DNA of 64,000 bases from Saccharicrinis sp. (GTDB taxonomy: Bacteria > Bacteroidota > Bacteroidia > Bacteroidales > Marinilabiliaceae): positions 522,689 through 586,688 of the forward strand of contig CBDDLL010000001.1 in NCBI GenBank assembly GCA_965230625.1, written 5' to 3'. Position numbers and translations under genes: made by a program. The notes beneath the pieces are model-generated. The model made no database searches. It had not been told where the DNA came from and worked only from the letters and a program-made list of their open reading frames with translations. The number at the start of each line of letters is the position of its first letter. Within the stretch, counting starts at the first letter, position 1. Below, in pieces: positions 18,699-28,233 of this stretch.

Positions 18699-19331
18699 AT
18701 GAAAAGTAAAGCTATCATTCAACAAATATTAATATTCATAACATTAATTGCTTTTACTTTTGAAATATCATGTAACGGACAAAATAATACCTGTATGAGA
18801 AAAAATGATACTATAAAGGTTAGAGTCAAAATTATCAAATCACTAGCAATTGGATGGGGTGTCAAATACCAAGCAAGCATAGAAAAAATAGTTGGAGGAA
18901 ATACAAAAGATTTTAATGATACGATAATATTTGGAATTACTGCCGAAAGAAATTATCAATTCTTAAAAGTCGGGGATACTTGTTTAATAACATTTCAAAA
19001 TACAAAGAAAATAAATAATAAACCGTACTTGCCTTCTATTACTGGGACTGTAAGCAAGTTAAATGAAATATGTTTGATTAAAAAAATTGAAAATATAACC
19101 TCAATCAATGAAAGAAGAATTTTTATGGGCAGTGCTATTATAAGTAATGGAAAATCTGTGTTTATTTGGGATTTCTCTGACTCGCAAGCGTTTTACCTTG
19201 ATGGCTTGGAAAGTTGGGATTTAAAATATTTAAATAAGAAGATAACAATTGAAGGTATACTTATAAAATATATTGATGGTGTATATACTGTACCGGTAAT
19301 TAAAGATTGGAAAATATTATCCCCAAATTAA
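18699..19331 (+). CDS. Hypothetical secreted protein (210 aa)
   Basis: Signal-peptide-like N-terminus (ILIFITLIAFTFEISCNGQ). No family recognised. Confidence 0.45.
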   Translation: MKSKAIIQQILIFITLIAFTFEISCNGQNNTCMRKNDTIKVRVKIIKSLAIGWGVKYQASIEKIVGGNTKDFNDTIIFGITAERNYQFLKVGDTCLITFQNTKKINNKPYLPSITGTVSKLNEICLIKKIENITSINERRIFMGSAIISNGKSVFIWDFSDSQAFYLDGLESWDLKYLNKKITIEGILIKYIDGVYTVPVIKDWKILSPN

Positions 19332-19371
19332 TGAAAAATATGACTAGTACAGACAAGAGTGCACTGGCTAT

Positions 19372-19500
19372 AAAAATAAATATAGGTTATTTGCAGATAG
19401 TGCTAAATTTGAGTGTGGTAATAATTTAATAGAATATATAGCTGTTCGATAGGTTTGTTTCAAAATGCCTAACGCACTATATTCAAACCGTTATTGGCAA
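19372..19500. repeat. Structured intergenic repeat, C family, copy C2
   Basis: See C1. It ends in CCGTTATTGGCA, 14 nt before the next ORF's TTG. Confidence 0.6.
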
Positions 19501-19513
19501 GTATGACCTAGAC

Positions 19514-19984
19514 TTGGAAAATATGATGAATAAATTTTTTAAAGAGGCTAATAAGATTTGGCCTGCTAAATCTGCTATACCCATTATTATTTCGTTTTTT
19601 GTCCTTTCAACTTTGATAATGGTAGTTACTTATTTTGTAGAAATAGAAGTGATAAAGAACGATTATAATTCATTTCGAATAAACGGTAGAATTGAAAAAA
19701 TCATTAGGACAAACAATTACGTTTTTTGCAAAATTAATAGCGACTGGTATGGAATTCGTGGAGATATAAACATTTACATCAGTCAAAATGATATATTACA
19801 AAAAAAAACAGACTCGTATAAATTAACGGTTACTAAAGAAAACGGAAAAACAAATGTGTACGATTTCCCAAATACTTACTTTTGCTTGGTTCGAGAAAAT
19901 AAAAAGTTGATAAAGTATTTCAAGTCCTCAAAATTGATTCCTGACTCTATTAGGACTTCTTTAAAAAAGTGCAATAAGAAATAA
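19514..19984 (+). CDS. Hypothetical membrane protein (156 aa; ATG at 19523 is an alternative start)
   Basis: One TM helix (IPIIISFFVLSTLIMVVTYFV). No family recognised. Confidence 0.4.
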   Translation: MENMMNKFFKEANKIWPAKSAIPIIISFFVLSTLIMVVTYFVEIEVIKNDYNSFRINGRIEKIIRTNNYVFCKINSDWYGIRGDINIYISQNDILQKKTDSYKLTVTKENGKTNVYDFPNTYFCLVRENKKLIKYFKSSKLIPDSIRTSLKKCNKK

Positions 19985-19988
19985 AAAC

Positions 19989-20080
19989 ACTACAACAAAA
20001 GCTAATAAGTAATGCGGAGGCAGTTATGTTTTGTGAGTTTGTAGGTTGTTTGGGGGCGCCAAATATTCGTTCCGAAAATT
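19989..20080. repeat. Intergenic repeat, C family, shorter copy C4
   Basis: TACAACAAAAGCTAATAAGTAATGCGGAGGCA ... GTAGGTTGTTTGGGGGCGCCAAATATTCGTTCCG aligns with both ends of C1. The central part is missing. Confidence 0.4.
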
Positions 20081-20363
20081 CATTAAGTTCAAGATAAAAT
20101 TTCAAAACATAAATCTGGCTATGTATGGTTTGGGATGGTAAATTATTCTAATCTCTACGCTCTGCATATTAAAACCGTCGTTAAAACAAGGCTAAGAAAC
20201 ATTGCGCTAAATATTATAATGACAGAAATATTGTAAATTGTTTTAACGGGCGGTGTCAAATAATTTAACACTTGATTTGTATAGTACAAGTTGTAAATTA
20301 CAGTAAAACTGCAAATTATGAAGTTGGCTTAGAGATTGTATTTGTAGACAAGAAATTTATACT

Positions 20364-20972
20364 ATGGTAAATCTCAAACAAACCTTAAGAATAATCTTCA
20401 GGAATAAAAGAACAACACTTTTATTCCTATTATCCCTGTCAGTTGGATTGTCGGGATTCTCAATGTTGAAAAATTTTTATGGCGAAATGGTTTTAAAGAA
20501 TAGAACGGAGACAAATCTTATTTCGCATGAAATGGCTAATCAGTGGTGGGGTAATCAAATAACATGTGAAAGCTGGAGTCACTTTTGTCTCAATGAAGGT
20601 ATGGCAACATTCCTATCAGCGGCATATAACGAATATAGATTTGGCGAAGAAGTGTATCATGCTAATATTGATTCGTACTACAAAGTGTATCAAGGTATAA
20701 AACAACGTGACAATGACCGGTCGTTGGTTTTCGAAAACTGGATTAATCCACCAAAAGATGATAATAACTTAGTTTACTTTAAAGGAGCATATGTAATTCA
20801 TCTGTTAAAAGAAAAACTGGGCGATAAAGAATTCTGGAATGCCATTCGTTTTTATAGTAAAAAATTCATTGGGCAATCAGATGTAACGGCTGACTTTCAG
20901 AAAGCCATGGAAGAATCATCAGGTGTTAACCTTGAAGATTTTTTTAACAAATGGATTTATTACAAGAAATAA
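20364..20972 (+). CDS. Truncated, probably inactive M1-peptidase-like fragment with an unrelated N-terminus
   Basis: HEMANQWWGN-x17-NEGMATF corresponds to the M1 HExxH-x18-E zinc site, but the second His is Asn. It is only 202 aa and no GAMEN region is present. The first ~35 aa look like an FtsX-type permease N-terminus. Confidence 0.5.
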   Translation: MVNLKQTLRIIFRNKRTTLLFLLSLSVGLSGFSMLKNFYGEMVLKNRTETNLISHEMANQWWGNQITCESWSHFCLNEGMATFLSAAYNEYRFGEEVYHANIDSYYKVYQGIKQRDNDRSLVFENWINPPKDDNNLVYFKGAYVIHLLKEKLGDKEFWNAIRFYSKKFIGQSDVTADFQKAMEESSGVNLEDFFNKWIYYKK

Positions 20973-20994
20973 CACTAAACTTTCATTTACAGAT

Positions 20995-21915
20995 ATGAAA
21001 ATATTATTCGGATCGATATTAATTGCTTTATTATTCGTTTCTCCTCAAAATAAGACCGAAAGAACAGAAAAGCCGCATATTGCTTTTTCCTTTGATGATG
21101 GCAGTACCAGAAATATTCTGTCATATGATAATGCCGAGTGGAATTCAATGATACGAAAACAATTAAAGGACAACCATATTCAAGCTGTTTGGTTTGCCAC
21201 AGGAGGAAGTGTTGATAATGAAAAAGGCAAACAGCTCCTACAAAAATGGTATGAAGATGGTCATATTCTAGGAAATCACACCTACAGTCATTTCAATTAC
21301 AACGATTCATTAATTACTTGTAAAGCATACACTAAGGACATTCAAAAATGTCACTCAATACTAAAAAGCTATAAAAACTACGAGAAAATATTTCGTTTTC
21401 CCTACCTAAAAGGAGGAAATACAATAGCTAAAAGAGATAGTATAAATTTATTTCTTAAACGAAATGGTTATAAACAAGGCTGGGTAACTATAGATGCTTC
21501 CGATTGGTATATAAATATGAGATTGATTCGACGATTAAAACAAAATCCCAATGCCGATATTAGTGAATTTAAAGAATATTACATTAATCATATTTTTGAA
21601 AGAGCCCAGTATTACAATAATTTATCAAAACAGATAAATAACAGGCAAATTAAACACACAGTTCTGTTACATTTCAATTTGACTTCGGCATTGTTCTTAA
21701 ACGATTTAATTGAAAAATTTGGAAATGAAGGATGGATAATTGATGATTACAGCGAAACCATTAAAGACCAGATTTATTCTGAACATCCAACAGCAATGCC
21801 TGCCGAACAAAGTTTGATATGGATGCAGGCGAAACAAAAAGGAGAATTTGAATTGAGATACCCAGGAGAAGATACTAAGTATGTGAAAGATAAAATGGAT
21901 AAATTAAAATTATAA
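20995..21915 (+). CDS. Polysaccharide deacetylase (NodB-homology) family protein
   Basis: Start placed at MKILFGSILIALLF (signal peptide). NodB motifs FSFDDGS and HTYSH are present. Confidence 0.7.
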   Translation: MKILFGSILIALLFVSPQNKTERTEKPHIAFSFDDGSTRNILSYDNAEWNSMIRKQLKDNHIQAVWFATGGSVDNEKGKQLLQKWYEDGHILGNHTYSHFNYNDSLITCKAYTKDIQKCHSILKSYKNYEKIFRFPYLKGGNTIAKRDSINLFLKRNGYKQGWVTIDASDWYINMRLIRRLKQNPNADISEFKEYYINHIFERAQYYNNLSKQINNRQIKHTVLLHFNLTSALFLNDLIEKFGNEGWIIDDYSETIKDQIYSEHPTAMPAEQSLIWMQAKQKGEFELRYPGEDTKYVKDKMDKLKL

Positions 21916-22117
21916 ACAAAAGGAGGGAATAATTTATTCAATCAATTCCTATTGTTGATTAATTAATTAATGTTTATTTTTCATTAAATAATATGGTACA
22001 GTTTTAGTCGCTAACGAGAACTAAGACTGAGTTAAATCAAACTAATTCGAAATCACTTTTCTTGAAACATCTAGAAAAATTATATTACTATTTTATTAAT
22101 CTATTAAAGTGCAAACT

Positions 22118-23809
22118 ATGAAAAAAATTATTGCAGTAGCATTAGTTTTAATGTGTTGTATACACATGCTCCAAGCTCAATCCGACAAACTATTAAACAT
22201 CCTCCATAAGGAAGTAAACCGCGAAATGGATGGGTTTAAGCAAAGCAAAACTCCCCCTTATTACATCAGCTACAGGGTTGAACACCAAAAAGCCCTTTAT
22301 ATTAATTGCAGTTTTGGATATGTAAAAAGCGTAAACGAGCAAAATAACAGACAATTAACAACCATGGTAAGGGTAGGATCGCCTAAGTTGGACAATTATC
22401 ACCAATTAAGAGGAGGTGCACAGTCTAACAGAAGGCGTACGATGGAGCTTTTACCTATAGAAGACGACGAAACTTCTATACAGCAAATTTTATGGAAATC
22501 GACCAACAGTGAGTACCTGAAAGGAATTTCATTGCTTTCCAAAATAAAAGGAAACCTTGCCATTAATGTTGAGGAAGAAGATAAATCGGAAGACTTTATT
22601 ATAACCGAACCAACAGAATACTACGAAGAACCTGTATCATTTGCAGATTTAGGAGTTGATAAGGAAGCTTTAATTGCAATGGCAAAGGAGTACTCGGATC
22701 AGTTTTCTAAAAACCCTGAATTAACCTATGGGAATGTTTCGGTTAGTGTACGAAATACCAGAAAATATTTTGTGGCATCCGACGGTAGTAAAATTGCTGA
22801 AAATGTACCAACCATTAGAATGAGTCTAAGTGCTGGTATAAAAGCCGATGATGGTATGAATTTACCTTTATACGAATCGTACTTTGGCTACCATATGAAC
22901 GATTTACCATCGAAGGAAAAAGTTGTGGACGACATAAAAAATTTAATGGCCACATTAATTGCAATGAAAGATGCACCCGTAGTAGATCCATATTCGGGAC
23001 CTGCATTATTATCTGGAAATGCATGCGGTGTTTATTTTCATGAAATATTCGGGCATAGGGTTGAAGGTGCAAGGTTAAAAAAAGAAAGTGATGCACAAAC
23101 TTTTAAAAAGAAGGTTGGCGAATTGGTTTTACCCAAGGATTTCTCTGTAATATTTGACCCTACCATAAAGGAATATGCAGGCTTTAAATTAAACGGTTAT
23201 TATAAATACGACGACCAAGGCATATTGGGAAAAAAAGCCGATGTGGTTAAAAATGGTGTTTTAAACGATTTTTTAATGTGTAAAACTCCAATTGATAAAT
23301 TTAACTATTCCAATGGCCACGGAAGAGCTCAGGCAGGTTTTCAACCAGTATCTCGTCAGTCGAACCTGATTGTAAACTCTACTAACCTCTTATCGGAAGA
23401 AAAATTGAGAAAGCTTTTTGTAAAAGAGCTTAAAAAGCAAAAACTGGAGTTTGGTTACTTGTTTAATAAAGTAAGCGGTGGTTTTACCAATAACGGTAGG
23501 TATAGACCTAACGCTTTTAATGTTACTCCTCTCGAAATTTATAAAGTATTTGCCGATGGCAGACCCGATCAACTGGTACGTGGAGTTAATCTGGTAGGAA
23601 CTCCTTTAGCCATGTTTGCTGAAATTAGTGCACTTGGCGGTGAGTATGGTGTGTTTAACGGAACTTGCGGTGCAGAGTCGGGCGGAGTACCAGTATCTTC
23701 TATAACACCTATGTTAATGGTAAATAAAGTTGAGATTCAAAGAAAAGGCAAGTCGAGCGAAAAACCTAGCATATTAGAGCGTCCTGCTTCAACCATTAAC
23801 AAACAGTAA
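22118..23809 (+). CDS. Secreted TldD-like metallopeptidase
   Basis: ATG at 22118 gives MKKIIAVALVLMCCIHMLQAQ (signal peptide). HEIFGHRVEG matches the TldD HExxxH zinc motif. Confidence 0.7.
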   Translation: MKKIIAVALVLMCCIHMLQAQSDKLLNILHKEVNREMDGFKQSKTPPYYISYRVEHQKALYINCSFGYVKSVNEQNNRQLTTMVRVGSPKLDNYHQLRGGAQSNRRRTMELLPIEDDETSIQQILWKSTNSEYLKGISLLSKIKGNLAINVEEEDKSEDFIITEPTEYYEEPVSFADLGVDKEALIAMAKEYSDQFSKNPELTYGNVSVSVRNTRKYFVASDGSKIAENVPTIRMSLSAGIKADDGMNLPLYESYFGYHMNDLPSKEKVVDDIKNLMATLIAMKDAPVVDPYSGPALLSGNACGVYFHEIFGHRVEGARLKKESDAQTFKKKVGELVLPKDFSVIFDPTIKEYAGFKLNGYYKYDDQGILGKKADVVKNGVLNDFLMCKTPIDKFNYSNGHGRAQAGFQPVSRQSNLIVNSTNLLSEEKLRKLFVKELKKQKLEFGYLFNKVSGGFTNNGRYRPNAFNVTPLEIYKVFADGRPDQLVRGVNLVGTPLAMFAEISALGGEYGVFNGTCGAESGGVPVSSITPMLMVNKVEIQRKGKSSEKPSILERPASTINKQ

Positions 23810-23959
23810 ACAATCTAATCTTATAAAAAATAAATCTAACAGATGAAACTATCATGATTAAGTATTAAATAAACAGACGGTTGGATAAAAGCTTAGTGTA
23901 TCTGAGATTCTGTGTTCATCCATCTTGATACTTGTATCTTGATACTAATTTATAAACAG

Positions 23960-25657
23960 ATGAAAAAAATAACATTATCCATCATAATAACATTTTTTTG
24001 CTTGGTTGCATTTTCTCAGCAAGAAACAATTCATAAAGCCATACAATCTGAGATTAACAGAAACCTCGAAAACATTCATATAGAAGGGATGGCTAAACCA
24101 TATTACATTGGGGCAAACTTAATAAACTCTAATCAGTTGCGTGTTAGGGCAACGTTGGGTGCATTGGTAACATCGGATGAGTACACCTATAATTTAATTT
24201 GTAACAACAGGATATTGGTAGGTTCACCTGAGTTTACAAACTACAATTACATGGAAATGGGTTTGATGAATAAAGCGATGAGGGTTAGTAGCAGCGTGCC
24301 TAACGAAATTACTGAACAAAGTATTAAAAACTCGTTTTGGAAAGCTTTTGATCAGAGATACAAGCTGGCTGCTGAAAAGTATGATTCAAAGAAATCGGCA
24401 TTGGCCAATCAGGTTATTCAAGATGATGATTTACTTGATTATTCTTCAGCTGAAAAAGCAACGGTACATTTAAACGAAATTAGCTGCGAATATAATAAAG
24501 CCGATTTAGAAGATATTGCAAAAAAAGTGTCAGCAGTATTTTTAAAATTTCCACAAGTAAGGGGTTCTTTTGCAACAATAACAGGATTTAAGGCAAACGT
24601 TTATTTTGACAATAACGAAGGATCGTCGGCCACATACCCAGTTACTGCATTAAAACTAGGTATTGAGGCTGTAATTCAGTGTAAGGATGGCAGCGAAGTT
24701 AGAGACCAGCTTTATTATTATGCATCGGATGAAAAAGACTTTCCTGAAACAACTGTAATAGTTAATGAAACAGAGCAAATGGCCCAAAAATTAGTTGAGC
24801 TGAGTACAGCAAAAAAGTTTGATATAAGCTACGATGGACCCGTTTTGTTTACAGATCAGGCTGCGTTCGAAATATTTGCACAAACTTCGGCTGCGCTTAA
24901 AGCATACCGTAAACCCATTTGTGGAGACGAAGGCAGTGTAAAATACACTCAAAATAAAACATCGTTAAACAACCGAATAGGTACTAAAATAGCAAATGAG
25001 GGAATATCTATTGTAAGTTCACCTTCTCAAAAACAATATGATAATACAAACTTGCTAGGCCACCAAGTGTTTGATATGGAAGGGGTTGTTCCAACCAAGG
25101 AATTGGTTTTGGTAGAAAATGGTAAGCTTAAGTCGTTGTTTAATAACCGTAAACCAACTAAGGGACTGCATAAATCCAATGGCCATATGTATATTAGTAT
25201 AAACTCGCGCGAAGCTGCGTTGGCGCCCGGAGTTGTAGAAATGAAATCGGAAATTACAATGGATGATGAACAGCTAAAGTTACAGCTGGCCAATATGGGC
25301 AAAGAAGAAGATTTAGAAAAAGTTTATATTATATCTAAAGTTCAGCAAGGTACTTGCCAACCAATATATGCTTATGAGTATAATATTGAAACAGGCGAAA
25401 AAACACTGGTTAGAGATGTTCAGTTGATTAAGCCTAGTGTAAGTCAGTTTAAAAAGCTAAAGGCAACATCGGGCAACAAAATGGTTTATAACATATTGTT
25501 CAGTACTAAAAGTGTAGGATCGTATAGTATAACAGGCTCGCCAGCTTCGTTTATTAGCTACGATGGCTTACTGTTTAAAAGTTTAAGTTTAAAAAAGAAT
25601 AAGAGAGCCATTAAAAAGAAACTACCAATTGTAGATAATCCGGTTACAATGCTGTAG
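23960..25657 (+). CDS. Secreted PmbA/TldE-like partner protein (no zinc motif)
   Basis: Start at MKKITLSIIITFFCLVAFSQQ. It is collinear with the upstream TldD-like protein (e.g. SNGHMY vs SNGHGR) but lacks HExxxH. Confidence 0.55.
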   Translation: MKKITLSIIITFFCLVAFSQQETIHKAIQSEINRNLENIHIEGMAKPYYIGANLINSNQLRVRATLGALVTSDEYTYNLICNNRILVGSPEFTNYNYMEMGLMNKAMRVSSSVPNEITEQSIKNSFWKAFDQRYKLAAEKYDSKKSALANQVIQDDDLLDYSSAEKATVHLNEISCEYNKADLEDIAKKVSAVFLKFPQVRGSFATITGFKANVYFDNNEGSSATYPVTALKLGIEAVIQCKDGSEVRDQLYYYASDEKDFPETTVIVNETEQMAQKLVELSTAKKFDISYDGPVLFTDQAAFEIFAQTSAALKAYRKPICGDEGSVKYTQNKTSLNNRIGTKIANEGISIVSSPSQKQYDNTNLLGHQVFDMEGVVPTKELVLVENGKLKSLFNNRKPTKGLHKSNGHMYISINSREAALAPGVVEMKSEITMDDEQLKLQLANMGKEEDLEKVYIISKVQQGTCQPIYAYEYNIETGEKTLVRDVQLIKPSVSQFKKLKATSGNKMVYNILFSTKSVGSYSITGSPASFISYDGLLFKSLSLKKNKRAIKKKLPIVDNPVTML

Positions 25658-26183
25658 ATATAGAAAGAGGCTGTCTTCTAAAAAGGCGGCCTCATCAATT
25701 TTTGTTTACTTAGTAAACTTATTTTATTTCCAATGTAAGCATCGCGGTATTAAACCAAATTTTGATTACCAAAAACTATTCAGCTTCAACAAAAAAAATT
25801 GATTAGGTTCCTGAATACTTATCTTCACGCATCAAATTATTACTTATATCATCAGAATATCATCTCTCTAATTTACAGTTTGTTATTCAAGCAAACGTCC
25901 TTAAAAAGGGATATTCCATAACTAAAAAAGCTGTAAAAATGCACACGATTTAAAAGCAGGGACGTAGTTTCTACAAAAACATAGTAAAGGAAAAAAGAAA
26001 GCATTGTTAAATAACTGTGATTTTTTAAGAATTTAGATACTTCAATATTAATACAGACTTAACTGTAGTTTCCTATTACAATGTAGCAGTATATTTAACT
26101 TCGCACAGTTTTTTGATAAGCCTGTAAATACGATTGGCTTTACATAAAACTAAACTAATATCAATAATTTAAATTGAGGCCAA

Positions 26184-27692
26184 ATGGTTAAAAAAATGAA
26201 ACTTAACTTAAGTATTGCAGTTTGTGCATTTATGCTATGGAGCTGTTCTGATGATGATGGTAATACTCCAGAAAAAGAAAACGAAACATTTAGTAAAGTA
26301 TCAAGCATTTCTTTAGGCGAAGGTGTAGGAGAAATTTCTGCTTATGATAAAGAAACTAAGCAACTTTTTGTAGTAAACACCACAAAAAAAGCTGTAGATG
26401 TTATAGATCTTTCTAACCCAGAAACTCCTGTTAATAAAACCCCAATATCGGTTACAAACTATGGAGGTAACTTAAACAGTGTAGATGTAAAAGATGGTAA
26501 ACTTGCCATTGCAGTAGAAGGTAATGATAAAAGTTCAGATAAAGGTAAAATTGTTGTATTCAACACTTCTGATTTAACTAAGACTTACGGAAAGTTTGAA
26601 GCGGGATATTTACCAGACATGGTTAAGTTTACACCAGATGGTAAATATATTCTTTCTGCTAACGAGGGAGAGCCAAACGATGACAATACAGTTGATCCGG
26701 AAGGCTCTATTTCAATTGTGGATATAAACGCCAAAACAATATCTACTATCGACTTTAAAAGTTTCAATAGTAAAGAGGCTGATTTGGAGAAAGATCATTT
26801 TAGAGTATTTGGGGAAACTAATGGTGAAAAAAATAATTTGGCACAAGATGTAGAGCCAGAATATATTGCTATTTCAAAAGACTCAAAAACGGCTTGGGTA
26901 TCATTACAAGAAAATAATGGTTTAGCTAAGGTAGATATTGCTTCAAAAACCATTACTGAAATTTATCCACTGGGCGTTAAAGATTATAGCCTTGAAGAAA
27001 ACAAGTTCGATTTTAGCGATAAAGATGATAAAGTTCAATGGATCAATGCTCCTGTAAAAAGCTACTTTCAACCAGATGCTATTGACTACTTTGAAGTAGG
27101 GCAAACAGGTTACATTATTACTGCAAACGAAGGAGATTCAAGAGATTACGATGGCTTTAGCGAAGAAGAAAGAGTGGATGACTTAGATCTTGACCCTACT
27201 AAATTTCCTGAAGCGGCCACCTTGCAATTAAAAGAAAATTTAGGGAGGCTAAAGATTACTACTGCTTATGGTGATACTGATAATGATGGAGATTACGATG
27301 AGTTGTTTGGTTATGGAGCACGTTCTTTTTCAATTTTCGATACCAATGGTAATTTAGTTTTCGATAGTGGAAACATGTTGGGTAAAAAATCAGATGAGTT
27401 AGAAAACTACCCTGACAAAAGAAGTGATGATAAAGGAGTGGAGCCGGAAGCAGTAATTACATATTCCTTAAACCAAAAAGTATTTGCAGCAATAGGTTTA
27501 GAAAGAAGCGGTGATGTACTTATCTATGACATTACAGATGTTAATCAACCTGTTTTTGTTCAAAACTTAGAAAATACCTCTCCTGAAGGATTGTTAATTG
27601 TATCAAAAGAGGATAGCCCTAACGGTAAAACCCTATTAATTGTATGTAACGAACATCCAGATGATGCAACTGTAAATGTTTATTCAAACTAA
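26184..27692 (+). CDS. Lipoprotein, probable beta-propeller; resembles phytase-like/'choice-of-anchor I' phosphatase-associated family
   Basis: Lipobox (FMLWSCSDDD). Repeated strand-rich segments with PD/EPE and ANEGD motifs (SANEGEPND, TANEGDSRDY, VEPEYI, VEPEAV). The family call is from memory only. Confidence 0.4.
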   Translation: MVKKMKLNLSIAVCAFMLWSCSDDDGNTPEKENETFSKVSSISLGEGVGEISAYDKETKQLFVVNTTKKAVDVIDLSNPETPVNKTPISVTNYGGNLNSVDVKDGKLAIAVEGNDKSSDKGKIVVFNTSDLTKTYGKFEAGYLPDMVKFTPDGKYILSANEGEPNDDNTVDPEGSISIVDINAKTISTIDFKSFNSKEADLEKDHFRVFGETNGEKNNLAQDVEPEYIAISKDSKTAWVSLQENNGLAKVDIASKTITEIYPLGVKDYSLEENKFDFSDKDDKVQWINAPVKSYFQPDAIDYFEVGQTGYIITANEGDSRDYDGFSEEERVDDLDLDPTKFPEAATLQLKENLGRLKITTAYGDTDNDGDYDELFGYGARSFSIFDTNGNLVFDSGNMLGKKSDELENYPDKRSDDKGVEPEAVITYSLNQKVFAAIGLERSGDVLIYDITDVNQPVFVQNLENTSPEGLLIVSKEDSPNGKTLLIVCNEHPDDATVNVYSN

Positions 27693-27714
27693 AAAGTAAT
27701 TCGATTTTTTATAT

Positions 27715-27743
27715 AAGCTGTCTTGTTTGAGGCAGCTTTTTTT
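27715..27743 (+). terminator. Intrinsic terminator after 26184-27692
   Basis: AAGCTG / CAGCTT stem with a 12-nt loop, followed by a T-run. Confidence 0.5.
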
Positions 27744-28233
27744 AGCCCTTATATTGTATCATCTCAATCCCAATTGTATGTCAAATCAATTATCTTTCTA
27801 ATCTCTTAAGCTACTCTTTTTACCAGTAATTGATTTTCAATACTTAAAATCCGTACATTAGCTGATGTATCTCCTAGTCAAACTTCTTTCTTCCAAATAT
27901 TTGATATCTAACAAATAATGTATTTTCTTATCCAACTTTATATCTCATATTAGTTCCTGTTAGTTTGTGCCAGAATTTGCAGTTCAATAAAATTAATAAC
28001 ACCTCACCTTGGTTTGTTTATGATAATTTGTACTTTCGACCTTTTGATACAAATTTGGGTATAAATGTACTGTTGCACATGAAAGGTACACTCGAAAAAT
28101 ATAGGTTATTTTGAAAGCTTTGCAAATTTTAGGTATAATTACGATTAACAAATCATATTCAATTCATTAGCAAACTTCATCTCTGAAAAAAAATATCTCA
28201 TACAACTGTAATTATTAAGAAGAAATAAACTTT

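Noticed and set aside
12500-21000. Calling the repeat-punctuated tract a bona fide integron
   Set aside because: No IntI-type integrase or attI is visible. Several putative core/inverse-core matches are one-off in an AT-rich background where GTTRRRY-like strings arise easily, and the R''-L''/L'-R' spacing I could trace is not canonical. It is kept only as a hypothesis to test.
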